From assembly GCA_021325135.1 (NCBI GenBank), contig JAJPHT010000031.1, positions 1-56,955 of the forward strand: a stretch of DNA of 56,955 nt. The letters run 5' to 3'. Under the pieces are notes generated by a model, which had not been told where the DNA came from, searched no databases, and saw only the letters and a program-made list of their open reading frames with translations. Both the position numbers and the translations under genes were made by a program. This document shows positions 44,898-55,490 of this stretch, piece after piece. The number at the start of each line of letters is the position of its first letter. Position 1 is the stretch's first letter. This stretch comes from Pseudomonadota bacterium. Its GTDB lineage: Archaea > Thermoplasmatota > SW-10-69-26 > JACQPN01 > JAJPHT01.

Positions 44898-46043
<1,146 letters not shown>

Positions 46044-46123
46044 GGGGCGGGCAACCTGGGGTGGGGTCAAAAGCGTTGGGGCGCTCCTCCCAGGGGTGCA
46101 TCCTGGAATCTCCGCGTGCTGAT

Positions 46124-46673
46124 GCCCTTCATGCGATGACGCGGAGGGCCCGGGGGATGCGGTGATTCCGGGAGAAGGGTCTTGGAAAGGACAGACATCC
46201 CTGGGGCGTGACGATTTCGAGGGGAATGCGGCATGCCGACGTGCCTCCAGAGGCGAACGCCCTGGCGACGACGGTTCTTGGGTGTGCGATTGGGCTACAC
46301 CGGGTGCTCGGGCCGGGCCTGCGCGAGCAGGACTATGCCGATTGTCTTGCGATCGACCTGGATCAGCAGGGGCTGGTCGTGGAGCGGGAAAGGCCGCTCT
46401 CACTGGTCTACAAGGGGCGCGCGTTGTCGCGGGCGGCGCGCTTGGATCTGCTCATCGAGGGCAGGCTCCCCGTGGAATTGAAGGCCGTGGACACCCTCCA
46501 CCCGCACCATTTCCTGCAGGCTCGCTCCTACGTCCGGTTCGGTGGGTTCCCACTGGGCATCCTCGTAAACTTCCACGCAGCCCGGCTCATCGACGGCTGG
46601 CATCGCATCCTGCCTGGCAAATCCATCCCATCCACCGCGCCCCCCGCGGCCGCCGCGTCATCGCATGAAGGGC
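46124..46673. mobile_element. Putative inverted-repeat-bounded GxxExxY element (550 bp)
   Basis: GCCCTTCATGCGATGACGCGG (46124-46144) and exact reverse complement (46653-46673); imperfect pairing continues about 25 nt inward; atypical codon usage inside. Confidence 0.6.
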
Positions 46674-46699
46674 CACCCCCGGATGAGGAAACCCTTTAA
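46226..46699 (+). CDS. GxxExxY family protein (PD-(D/E)xK nuclease fold)
   Basis: LHRVLGPGLREQDY, RLDLLIE..VELKAV, Q..SY, GILVNF. Confidence 0.92.
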   Translation: MRHADVPPEANALATTVLGCAIGLHRVLGPGLREQDYADCLAIDLDQQGLVVERERPLSLVYKGRALSRAARLDLLIEGRLPVELKAVDTLHPHHFLQARSYVRFGGFPLGILVNFHAARLIDGWHRILPGKSIPSTAPPAAAASSHEGPPPDEETL

Positions 46700-46739
46700 G
46701 AGCCCAACCCGGATCAGCGCCCATCCGGAGCGTCCAAGG

Positions 46740-47555
46740 ATGAGCACCTGGCAGCCGAACCCCAACAAGAAGGTCGTCAACTACCACGTCGAGGACGGCG
46801 TCGCGGTCATCGAGCTGGACGACCCTCCGGCGAACACGTACACGCACGACATGATGCGCCAGCTTGACGAGGCCATCCTCAAGGCGCGCTTCGACGACCA
46901 GGTGCACGTCCTCCTCCTCACGGGCAAGGGCGAGAAGTTCTTCTCGGCCGGCGCCAACATCGGCATGCTCAACGCGGTCACGCCCGCGTGGAAGTACCAG
47001 TTCTGCCTCCACGCCAACGAGACGCTCAACCGCCTCATGCACACGCCCAAGCTGGTCATCGCGGCGCTCAACGGCCACACCGTGGGCGGCGGCCTGGAGA
47101 TCGCCATGGCGGCGGACCTGCGCATCGCGCGCAAGGACGGCGGCAAGATCGGCCTGCCCGAGGTCAACCTGGGCGTGCTCCCCGGCACGGGCGGCACGCA
47201 GCGGCTCGTCCGCCTCGTGGGCAAGCCCCTGGCCATCGAGATGATGGTCACGGGCCGCAATTTCACCTTCGAGGAGGCCGTGAAGCACGGCATCGTCAAC
47301 GAGATCATCGAGGGCGACGCCAGCAGCTTCCGCAAGGCCGTCATGGACTACGCGCGCCAGTACTGCCCGCCCAACAAGGCGAGCTTCGCCGTGGGCATGA
47401 TCAAGCGCAGCGTCCAGACCGGCGCCGAGATCCCCCTGGAGGAGGCCCTCGCCCTGGAGCGCGAGCTTCAGGCCCAGCTCTTCGCGTCCAAGGACGCCAA
47501 GGAGGGCATCGCGGCCTACGTGGAGAAGCGCGTGCCCAACTTCAGCGGGCACTGA
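46740..47555 (+). CDS. Enoyl-CoA hydratase/isomerase
   Basis: FFSAGANI, IAALNGHTVGGGLEIAMAADLR, GLPEVNLGVLPG.GGTQRL. Confidence 0.95.
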   Translation: MSTWQPNPNKKVVNYHVEDGVAVIELDDPPANTYTHDMMRQLDEAILKARFDDQVHVLLLTGKGEKFFSAGANIGMLNAVTPAWKYQFCLHANETLNRLMHTPKLVIAALNGHTVGGGLEIAMAADLRIARKDGGKIGLPEVNLGVLPGTGGTQRLVRLVGKPLAIEMMVTGRNFTFEEAVKHGIVNEIIEGDASSFRKAVMDYARQYCPPNKASFAVGMIKRSVQTGAEIPLEEALALERELQAQLFASKDAKEGIAAYVEKRVPNFSGH

Positions 47556-47655
47556 GCGAAGGCCTCAGGGGGGCCGCGCCCCCGCCTTTTCCAGACAGAG
47601 TCGTCCGATAACTCCTAAGGAGGTGGGAGCGTTGGCGGTGGCTGGAGGCCCCCTC

Positions 47656-48066
47656 ATGGCCAGCGCTCCCAAGATCGCCCTCGCCCTTCTCGTCCTCGCC
47701 GCCCTCGCCGCGCCCGTCCTGGCCGACGGCCACGCGTTCACCGCCTCGGGCAGCTTCCTCCTGGGAGACGGCCTCTCGGCGGAGCTCATGGACTCGTGCG
47801 TCAGCAACGGGTACGCCGGCCGCGACGGCCCGCAGGAGGGCCTCGACAGCAACTGCGTGGCGCTCCCGGAGGGCCTCGCGGGCCTGCCCTACGCCATCAC
47901 GTCCTCGGACATGACGCACACGGCGCAGGTCGAGGCGTGCTTCTACGACGCGGCCAACGTCTACCTGGGCTGCCCCAGCGACGGCGTCGTGCCCGAGGGC
48001 GCGGCGCAGGCGAGCCTCTTCACGCTCACCGGCTACGCCGTCTCGTGGACGCTCACCATCGGCTGA
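47656..48066 (+). CDS. Small secreted protein
   Basis: Signal peptide ending PVLA; 4 Cys; beta-rich. Confidence 0.7.
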   Translation: MASAPKIALALLVLAALAAPVLADGHAFTASGSFLLGDGLSAELMDSCVSNGYAGRDGPQEGLDSNCVALPEGLAGLPYAITSSDMTHTAQVEACFYDAANVYLGCPSDGVVPEGAAQASLFTLTGYAVSWTLTIG

Positions 48067-48283
48067 ACGCGCTGGCGACGGCGCGCCACTTCTCCACGTC
48101 CCGGATCGCCTCGTCCAGCCGGCGCTCCACCGGGTCGAGGCCCCCGGCGAAGAGGTGGACCTCCTCGTCGGGCGCCTCCAGCGCGGGGTGCTCCCGGTGC
48201 ACGTAGGCCTCGGTGGCGTGCAGCAGCTCCAGGACCGCCTTCTCGAAGCGCGCGTCCGTGCTGGCGGGGCCGTCGTCTTCCAT
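48053..48283 (-). CDS. Small hypothetical protein
   Basis: 76-aa ATG ORF downstream of the vWA gene, host codon usage. Confidence 0.5.
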   Translation of the reverse strand: MEDDGPASTDARFEKAVLELLHATEAYVHREHPALEAPDEEVHLFAGGLDPVERRLDEAIRDVEKWRAVASAFSRW

Positions 48284-48329
48284 GGCCCCTTCCTTCTGCG
48301 CTGCGGACGCATGAAGGGGCCCGGGTTTC

Positions 48330-50336
48330 CTACCGCCGCCGCACGCCCGCCAGCACCAGCGCCGCGGCCAGGGCCACGATGACCAGCGCGGCGCCCGGCG
48401 CAGGGACCTTGGGCGAGGGGGTCGCGACGCCCGGCGCGAAGGAGTCGCTGCGCGCGTCGGCGGGCATGGGCGCGGCGGGGCTCGCGCTGGCGGGCGTCGT
48501 CGTCGCCATGGTGGCGCCGGCCCGGGGCGCTCCCGTGGTGGAGGCCGAGTAGCCGGAGGCCGTGGCCGCGTCGCCCTCCACAGGCACGGGCGGGCTCTCG
48601 CGCGGCTCCAGGGCGAGGACGAGGCTCGTCGTCTCGGTGACGAAGCCCCACTTCAGCGCCAGGTCGGTGAGCTCGCGGGTGAGCGCGGGCGTCGCGCCTT
48701 CGGCGTCCATCGCGTCCTGCATGGCGCGCACGCGCTGGAACGCCACGAGGCGCGGCAGGAACGCGGCGTCGGTCGCGGGGGTCGCCTGGACGGTCCACGT
48801 GCGCGGGCCGCCGGGCGCCGTGGCGGTCACGGTCGCGTCTGGCATGCCCCGGGCGGCGTCGAAGGTGCCCACGATGAGCATCTCGCTGCCGGCGAAGAGC
48901 GTGGTGGGGCCGCTGCGGTAGGTCTGGACGGACGGCGCGCAGTCGCTGTTCACACCCGGCACGTCGTTGCAGGTGAAGGGGGGCCCGTAGGCGACGCTCA
49001 CGTCCTTGAGCGTCGGCGTCGCGAGGGCGGTGAGGAAGCGGCGCAGGTCGACCTCGGCGCCCGCGCCCTCGGGGACGCGCAGCGCGGTGCCGTTGCCCTG
49101 GGCGGCCAGCGCGTGGAGCAGGCCCCAGTCGGCATCCGCGCCGAAGGCGACGGTGAAGACGGAGACGCCCGCGCGGTTCGCGGCGCGCGCGTCCTGGAGC
49201 AGCGCGGCGCGGTCGGTCACGCCCTCGGTGGCCTGGCCGTCGGTGAGGAGCGCGAGCACCGGCATGCGGCCCTCGGGCGTCGAGGCCCCAAAGGCGGAGA
49301 GGCCGCGCGCCAGCGCGCCGTCGATGTTGGTGCCTCCGCCCGCGAGGAGCGCGTCGATCTGCTTCGCGGCGTCGGCGCGGCCCTGGGCGTCCATGGCGCG
49401 CAGGCCCGTCCAGGGCGAGGACGCGTCGCTGCTGAAGATGACCAGGTTGAGCCGGTCGTCGCCGTTCAACGCGCGCACGACCTGGCCCGCGGCGTCCTTC
49501 ATCTGGGAGAGCTTGAGGCCCGACATGCTGCCCGACACGTCGAGGACCAGCGTCATGTCCACGGGGAGGCGCTGCGCGTCGGCGGGGGCGCGGACGCGGT
49601 GCGCGAAGTAGCCCGTGCCGTTCTCGACCCACGTGATCAGCGAGCCCCCGTCGGGCCCGGCGGGCAGCGTGTAGGAGGCGGTGAAGGGCGTCGAGGCGTC
49701 GCCGCTGCGGGGGCCCACGCTCTCCTCGACGAGCCAGCCGCCGGGGATGCGCTGCGCGGTCGCGTCGGGCGTGCCCCACGCGGCGTCCACGCCGGAGGGG
49801 TCCGTCACGTCCACCACGAAGCGCGCGCCGCGGTCCTGGCCGAACCCCGAGACGGGCGCCACCAGGCTGAGGTTGTAGACGCCGCGGTCCGCCGCGAGGT
49901 ACTCCTCGTAGGTGAGCGTCGCGCGCACGGTGGTCGTGTCCTCGACGTTGATGAGGTACTCGTAGACCGAGCTGTGGCGGTCCTTCTCCACGAGGCCCGT
50001 GGTGTGGCCCTGGCTCTTCTGGTCCTCGTACTGCTGGCGCGCCGCGTCGCGGGGCGCGATCTGCGCCGTGTAGACCGTCCCGTCGCGCTCGATGGTGAGG
50101 CCGGTGACGAAGGCGTCGTCCGGGATGGGCACGCGGAAGGGGAACTCCGGGTCGCGGCCCCGGTTCGCGATGTCCGCGATGACGTGGACCGTGGCGTAGT
50201 TCGCGTGGACCTCCCCCTGGACGGTGGTGAAGACGGTCCACACGCCCTGGGGCGGGGCCGCCTGGGCGGAGGCCAGGGGGGCAAGGCAGGGGGCGAGGGT
50301 CATGGCGAGGAGCAGCAGGATCGGCGTTCGGGCCAT
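48330..50336 (-). CDS. Secreted VIT + vWA domain protein (inter-alpha-trypsin-inhibitor-like) with C-terminal sorting signal
   Basis: VIT (F..PIPDDAFVTGL..ARQQYE..G.TTGLV); MIDAS DVSGSM, GGTNI, LLTDG; VPAPG + TM + RRR. Confidence 0.9.
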   Translation of the reverse strand: MARTPILLLLAMTLAPCLAPLASAQAAPPQGVWTVFTTVQGEVHANYATVHVIADIANRGRDPEFPFRVPIPDDAFVTGLTIERDGTVYTAQIAPRDAARQQYEDQKSQGHTTGLVEKDRHSSVYEYLINVEDTTTVRATLTYEEYLAADRGVYNLSLVAPVSGFGQDRGARFVVDVTDPSGVDAAWGTPDATAQRIPGGWLVEESVGPRSGDASTPFTASYTLPAGPDGGSLITWVENGTGYFAHRVRAPADAQRLPVDMTLVLDVSGSMSGLKLSQMKDAAGQVVRALNGDDRLNLVIFSSDASSPWTGLRAMDAQGRADAAKQIDALLAGGGTNIDGALARGLSAFGASTPEGRMPVLALLTDGQATEGVTDRAALLQDARAANRAGVSVFTVAFGADADWGLLHALAAQGNGTALRVPEGAGAEVDLRRFLTALATPTLKDVSVAYGPPFTCNDVPGVNSDCAPSVQTYRSGPTTLFAGSEMLIVGTFDAARGMPDATVTATAPGGPRTWTVQATPATDAAFLPRLVAFQRVRAMQDAMDAEGATPALTRELTDLALKWGFVTETTSLVLALEPRESPPVPVEGDAATASGYSASTTGAPRAGATMATTTPASASPAAPMPADARSDSFAPGVATPSPKVPAPGAALVIVALAAALVLAGVRRR

Positions 50337-50376
50337 GGAGGCAGGGATGCGGTGGCGGTCGAAGTACCGCGGGAAT

Positions 50377-50421
50377 CGGGTCGGCTCCGGCCGAACGGGG
50401 CGTTCGGCCGGAGCCGACCCG
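50377..50421. promoter_or_regulatory. 21-bp perfect inverted repeat (3-nt spacer) between divergent genes
   Basis: CGGGTCGGCTCCGGCCGAACG-GGG-CGTTCGGCCGGAGCCGACCCG. Confidence 0.7.
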
Positions 50422-50470
50422 TTCCAAGGGGGTTATTCGCCCCCGCGTCTCTCTAGGCGGGCGAGGAGCC

Positions 50471-52168
50471 ATGGCCGCGGACCTGCCCGGACCCGAGGAC
50501 ATCCCCCTGGACCCGGACCTCCTCAAGACCCTGGCCAGCGACTCGCGCCGCGACATCCTCCGCCTCCTCAAGCAGCGCCGCATGACGCTCACCGAGCTGG
50601 CCACCGCCCTCAACCTGGGGAAGGCCACCGTGCTGGAGCACCTGAAGAAGCTCCAGGACTCGGGGCTCATCGCGCGCCGCGAGGACGAGCGCCTCTGGGT
50701 CTACTACGACCTCACGCCCCGCGGCAAGCGCGTGGTCTCGCCCGGCCGCACGCGCTTCTACATCGTCATGGGCTTGACCGCCGCGGGCGCGCTCATGGTG
50801 GGCGTCCTCCTCACCTTGGCCCTCACGCACTCGGCGCCCCAGGGCTTCCCGGCCGGCGAGCCCGCGCTGAAGGGCACGCAGGCCGTGGAGGCTCAGGGCA
50901 CGCTGGTCGCCTGGCGCGGCCTCGACCCGGGCGTCTCGCTGCGCCTCTCCCAGGGCGGGCGCGCGACGCCGGGCACCGTCTTCCTGGACGGCTCCGCCCC
51001 CCTCCAGACCGACCCCTCGGGCGCCGTCCTCCTGGACGCCTCGGGCCTCGACGCGCTCCCCGTGGGCAACCACACGCTGACCTTCCTGCCGGTCAACGGC
51101 ACGGCGCGCGAGCCCGTTGCGGGCTTCCTGGACGTGCGCGATCCGCAGCCCGCCTTGAGCCCGCTCCAGGTGCCCGCCGGCCGCGCCTCGACGGTGGTGC
51201 TCGCCTTCGCGGACCCCGCGGCGCCCGTCCCCTCTTCCGTCTCGGTGGACGGCCAGCCCCTCGCCGCGCAGCCCATCCCCGGCGGCGCCACGGTCACGCT
51301 GCGCGCGGCGGCTCCCGGCTCGCTCTCGGTGCAGGTGGGCCGCCTCGCGCCCATCGCGGTGGAGGCCGTGCCCGACCTCGCGCTCACCTTCACGCCCGAC
51401 GGCGCGGGCGACCTCGCGCTCCGCGTCGCCGCGCCCGACGGCTCGCCCGCGGCCGGCATGCAGGCCACGCTGGACGGCGCGCCCCTGGGCACGACCGACG
51501 CCAACGGCACGCTCCTCTTCCCCGCGCCCGAGCCCGGCGTCCGCGCGCTGCGCCTCTCCGGCGCCGGCGGCGAGAGCACGCGCGCCCTCGTCTTCCAGGG
51601 GTGGAACGTCTCCGAGGCCTCGCCCCAGGTGGCCCTCACGCGCGCCTCCCAGGGGAGCTTCTCCGCCGCGGTGCGCAACGACGGCCCTGCGCCGCTGCCC
51701 CTCACCGTGGCTGCGGTGGTGGATGGCCGCCTCGCCGCCGCGCAGCCCGTGGACGTGCCGGCCAACGGCAGCGTCGTCGTGCGCCTCGACCCGCGGCTTC
51801 AGGGCGCGGGCCACTCCGCGGCGCTGGAAGCGCGCGCGACCCTCCTCACGCCCGTGCGCTTCGTGAACGGCTCCACGTCCTCGGAAGGAAGCACGCCCGC
51901 GCCCGCGACCGCGACGCCCGTCGCGGCCTCGCCCACGACGATGCCCCCCCTCGCGGACTCCTCGGGGGACGCGTTCTACGGCTACGAGCAGGGGGACAGC
52001 CGCATCGTCGCGCGCCTCGACCTGGGCGCCCTGGCCGTCACCACCCCGGCCATGAGCGCGCCGGGCAGCTTCACGGCGACGCCCTCGCCCAAGGTCCCGG
52101 GCCCCGAGGTCGCGCTGGTCCTCGCGGCGGGCGTCGCCCTCGCCGCGCTGCTGCGGCGCCGAAGGTGA
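50471..52168 (+). CDS. ArsR-type wHTH fused to TM helix, extracellular beta domains and C-terminal sorting signal
   Basis: LKTLASDSRRDILRLL..TLTELA..ATVLEHL..L..GLI..WVYYDLT..G; TM FYIVMGL..LAL; VPGPE + TM + RRRR. Confidence 0.88.
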   Translation: MAADLPGPEDIPLDPDLLKTLASDSRRDILRLLKQRRMTLTELATALNLGKATVLEHLKKLQDSGLIARREDERLWVYYDLTPRGKRVVSPGRTRFYIVMGLTAAGALMVGVLLTLALTHSAPQGFPAGEPALKGTQAVEAQGTLVAWRGLDPGVSLRLSQGGRATPGTVFLDGSAPLQTDPSGAVLLDASGLDALPVGNHTLTFLPVNGTAREPVAGFLDVRDPQPALSPLQVPAGRASTVVLAFADPAAPVPSSVSVDGQPLAAQPIPGGATVTLRAAAPGSLSVQVGRLAPIAVEAVPDLALTFTPDGAGDLALRVAAPDGSPAAGMQATLDGAPLGTTDANGTLLFPAPEPGVRALRLSGAGGESTRALVFQGWNVSEASPQVALTRASQGSFSAAVRNDGPAPLPLTVAAVVDGRLAAAQPVDVPANGSVVVRLDPRLQGAGHSAALEARATLLTPVRFVNGSTSSEGSTPAPATATPVAASPTTMPPLADSSGDAFYGYEQGDSRIVARLDLGALAVTTPAMSAPGSFTATPSPKVPGPEVALVLAAGVALAALLRRRR

Positions 52169-52170
52169 TA

Positions 52171-52944
52171 TCACGCGGCCGTGAGGTCCTCTCCGCCGGA
52201 GAAGACCTCCTGGATCCACGCGTAGACGTCCTCGAGGCCTTCCAGCGTCTCGCTGCTCACGGCGACGGCGGGCGTCATGCTGCCCATGGCGTCCAGGATG
52301 CGGAAGGCGTCGACGCTCATCTGGTTGACCATGTCGGCCTTCTCGCTGGCGAGGTCGTCCTCCAGGCGCGCGGGGTCGCTGGTCCACGCCAGCAGGCGCT
52401 CCAGCTCCTCGCCCTTGAGGAGATCGCGCTTGGGGATGACGTGCAGGAGGGGGATGCCGAAGCGGAACGACGTGGTGGCCGCCAGGAGCAGGAGGCTCAC
52501 GAACGCGCTGGGCCGCTTGGCGAGGAACGGGTCCAGAAGGAAGAGGATGCACGAGCGGCCGGGAGCGAGAAGCTCGACCGTGACGCGGCCCGACTCGCGG
52601 AAGACGAACAGCTCGGTCTGCCCCGGCGTGTCGGTGAGCACGTAGGGCGCGCGGTACTCGTCCAGGATGCCCTGGATCTCGCCCAGGCGCAGCGCGATGA
52701 GGTCCGCCGCCATGACCTGCGCGCCGTTGGGGCCAAGCTCGTAGCGCTCCATGACGTCGGAGAGCTGGATCCAGTCGCGGATGTCCACGTCGGGCGAGTA
52801 GGGGAGCGTCTCGGCGCCCGGATCGAGGTTCACGGCGACGACGTCGTGCGCGTGCTCCTTCATCCACCGGTGGAACGCCGCCGTGAGGCGCGACTTGCCG
52901 CTGCCTGCCGTGCCGATGACGTAGACGTGGACGGGGTCTTCCAC
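52171..52944 (-). CDS. GPN-loop GTPase
   Basis: GTAGSGKS, NLDPG, LGPNG, DTPGQ.E.F.FR. Confidence 0.93.
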   Translation of the reverse strand: MEDPVHVYVIGTAGSGKSRLTAAFHRWMKEHAHDVVAVNLDPGAETLPYSPDVDIRDWIQLSDVMERYELGPNGAQVMAADLIALRLGEIQGILDEYRAPYVLTDTPGQTELFVFRESGRVTVELLAPGRSCILFLLDPFLAKRPSAFVSLLLLAATTSFRFGIPLLHVIPKRDLLKGEELERLLAWTSDPARLEDDLASEKADMVNQMSVDAFRILDAMGSMTPAVAVSSETLEGLEDVYAWIQEVFSGGEDLTAA

Positions 52945-52991
52945 AAGCTGGGGCCAGACGCCTCGGGCCTTTCAAGGTTGCGGGGGCCCCG

Positions 52992-54323
52992 TCAGCCGCC
53001 CCTCACGCGCCGCATCGTCTCGACGCGCTTCGCGATGAGCGCCGCGCTGCCCACGTCGCGCCGGTGGTAGAGGTGCGGCCCGGTGACGTGCGCGAGCGCG
53101 CGGTCCGCCTTGGCGTTGGCCTCGGCGAGGGTGGCCCCGGTCGCGACGACGCCCACGCTGCGGCTCGTCGTCGTGGTCGCCTCGACGACCTTGCCGCGCT
53201 GGCCGCCGGTCTGGTTGACGGCGGCGTAGTAGACGCGCGCGCCCTCCTTCGCGATGGCGGCCTCGTCCACCGCGAGCGGCTCGTTGGCCATGCTCTTGAC
53301 GCCGTACCCCTCGGGGACGACGTACTTGCAGACCGTCGCGTCGTGGGCGAAGCGCACCAGCGATGCGGGAAGCTCGCCGGCGGCCATGGCCTGGAGGATC
53401 TCCACGTAGCGGCTCTCCAGGAGCGTGAGGACGTTCATGGCCTCGGGATCGCCGAAACGCGCATTGATCTCGATGACCCGTGGGCCCGTTTTTGATAGCA
53501 TGAGCTGGCCGTAGATCGTCCCGACGAAGGGGCGCCCCTCCTTGCGGAGGGCCTGGAGGATGGCGTTGAGGATGACGACGCCCTGGTCGTACTCCTCGCG
53601 CGTGACGAAGGGGAGGAGCCCCTTCTCGCCCGAGTAGGAGCCCATGCCGCCGGTGTTGGGGCCCTGGTCGCCCTCGAAGGCGCGCTTGTGGTCCTGCACC
53701 GCGGGCATGGGCACCGCGTGGTTGCCGTCGCAGAACGCCTGGAGCGAGAACTCCTCGCCCTCGACCTTCTCCTCGATGATGACCGCTCCGCCCGAGAGGC
53801 ACTCCTTGGCGTAGGCGAACGCCTCGTCCACCGTGCGCACGTGGTCGCCGCTGACCTTGACGCCCTTGCCGCCCGTGAGGCCGATGGGCTTCACCGCGAC
53901 GGGCCACATCTCCTGGATCGCGTCGCGCACGCCCGCCTCGCTGCGGAAGGTGCGGTACTTCACGCGGCCGGGCACCTGGTGCTTCTCCAGCAGGTCGCGC
54001 ATGAAGGCCTTGCTCCACTCGATCTCGGCCGCGGCTTTCGTCGGGCTCGCGACCGCGACGCCCGCCCGCTGGAGCGCGTCGGTAACGCCCGAGGCGAGGG
54101 CGGCGTCGGGCCCCACGACCGCAAGTTCGACGCCCCACTTGCGGGCGGCCTCCGCGATGGCGGGCGCGTCGGTGTCCTTGACGAGGACGTGCTCCTTGGC
54201 AAGGCTCAGGATGCCGGGGTTCCTGTTGGGGAGCGCCGCGTGGAGCGCCCCGCCGCTGCGCACGATGGCCTCCGCCATGGCGTGCTCGCGCGCCCCGCCG
54301 CCCACCAGCAGGACCTTCGTCAC
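52992..54323 (-). CDS. purD: Phosphoribosylamine--glycine ligase
   Basis: VGGGAREHA, GGKGV, GEEFS, QDHKR..GD.GPNTGGMG, E.NARFGDPE. Confidence 0.96.
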   Translation of the reverse strand: MTKVLLVGGGAREHAMAEAIVRSGGALHAALPNRNPGILSLAKEHVLVKDTDAPAIAEAARKWGVELAVVGPDAALASGVTDALQRAGVAVASPTKAAAEIEWSKAFMRDLLEKHQVPGRVKYRTFRSEAGVRDAIQEMWPVAVKPIGLTGGKGVKVSGDHVRTVDEAFAYAKECLSGGAVIIEEKVEGEEFSLQAFCDGNHAVPMPAVQDHKRAFEGDQGPNTGGMGSYSGEKGLLPFVTREEYDQGVVILNAILQALRKEGRPFVGTIYGQLMLSKTGPRVIEINARFGDPEAMNVLTLLESRYVEILQAMAAGELPASLVRFAHDATVCKYVVPEGYGVKSMANEPLAVDEAAIAKEGARVYYAAVNQTGGQRGKVVEATTTTSRSVGVVATGATLAEANAKADRALAHVTGPHLYHRRDVGSAALIAKRVETMRRVRGG

Positions 54324-54844
54324 AGCTTGGCCTCCTTGAGAAGCTCGCTGGCGGTGACGAGGCTCTCGAAGCCGACGCCCAGGTCCGCGAACGCCTTGGC
54401 GGCGCCCGCCTCGCGGTCGACGACGGTGACGACCTTGGTCACGCGCAGGCCCGCCTCGCGCAGGACCTTCACGGCCTCCGCGCTGCTGCCGCCGCTGGTG
54501 GTCACGTCCTCCACGACGACGACCTCCATGCCCGGCTCGTAGACGCCTTCGAGCTGTGTGTTGGTGCCGTGCCCCTTGGGCCTCTTGCGCACCATGATGA
54601 ACGGGATGCCGCTGGAGAGCGCCGCCGCGGCCGCGAGGGGCACGGCGCCAAGCTCCATGCCCGCGATGCGCTGCGCGCCGCGCGCCTTCGCGCCCAGCCC
54701 CTCCCCCATGAGCCGCAGCACGTGGGGGTCGGTGCTCGCGCGCTTGATGTCGACGTAGTACTTCGACTTGGCTCCGCTGGCGAGGGTGAAGTCGCCGAAG
54801 CGGACCGCGCCGCACCGGATCAGGGCGTCACGGAGGGGGCTCAT
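54320..54844 (-). CDS. pyrE: Orotate phosphoribosyltransferase
   Basis: FTLASGAKSKYYVD, RK..K.HG, VVEDVTTSGGS, VVDR. Confidence 0.96.
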   Translation of the reverse strand: MSPLRDALIRCGAVRFGDFTLASGAKSKYYVDIKRASTDPHVLRLMGEGLGAKARGAQRIAGMELGAVPLAAAAALSSGIPFIMVRKRPKGHGTNTQLEGVYEPGMEVVVVEDVTTSGGSSAEAVKVLREAGLRVTKVVTVVDREAGAAKAFADLGVGFESLVTASELLKEAKL

Positions 54845-54935
54845 CGCCGGGCGCAGCGGGGCGGGCGTTGAAAAGGCTTCGGTGGCCCGGCCTCCGCGCG
54901 CCGCGGCACGCGCGCGGAGGCAAGCCCTGGCGCGT

Positions 54936-55490
54936 TCAGGGGAACGCGATCGGGTAGCTGTAGGTCTGCGTGTTGCCCTGGACGCCCCAGGTCACGGTGA
55001 TCGTGCCGGACCCGGTCGCGCCAGGCTGCGCAGGCTCAGGGCAGCCGGGGGTGGGGCAGAGCGTGACGCCGAAGACCGTGAACGGGCCGACGTTCTGGGT
55101 CTCGCCCACGTGCGTGAGCGTGACGATGACGTCCGTCCACTGGACGTCGAGCAGCACGGCGGGCGTGGCCTGCGAGCCGCAGTTGGGGCCGACGTTCTGG
55201 TTGATCACCGAGCAGAGGGAGGGGATGGCCACGGGCCCGATGAGCTGGATGGGCGCCCCGCTGTTGCACACGACGGGCGTGCAGAACGGAGGCGTGGAGG
55301 GCGTGCTCAGGGGGCCGAGGGTGGAGCCCGAGGTGCAGACGGTGAGGCCGCACGTCGGCGTGTTGCCGGCAGGCTGGTCCACGTTGACGTCCTTCCCTCC
55401 AACTTGGATGGGGATGTCGTCCGCCAGGACGGCGGGCAGGATCAGAAGGCAGGCGGCGGCAAGGGCGAGGACGATGGGTCGGGTGTTCAT
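54936..55490 (-). CDS. Secreted Cys/Pro/Thr-rich protein
   Basis: Signal peptide ending VLA; Cys pairs (C-x4-C twice, C-x8-C, C-x4-C); start overlaps upstream stop. Confidence 0.7.
   Translation of the reverse strand: MNTRPIVLALAAACLLILPAVLADDIPIQVGGKDVNVDQPAGNTPTCGLTVCTSGSTLGPLSTPSTPPFCTPVVCNSGAPIQLIGPVAIPSLCSVINQNVGPNCGSQATPAVLLDVQWTDVIVTLTHVGETQNVGPFTVFGVTLCPTPGCPEPAQPGATGSGTITVTWGVQGNTQTYSYPIAFP

Noticed and set aside
47602-47625. ATAACTCCTAAGGAGG resembling a homing-endonuclease or rRNA site
   Set aside because: Short partial resemblance only; more simply a promoter-region palindrome (CTCCT-A-AGGAG) before the 47656 gene.
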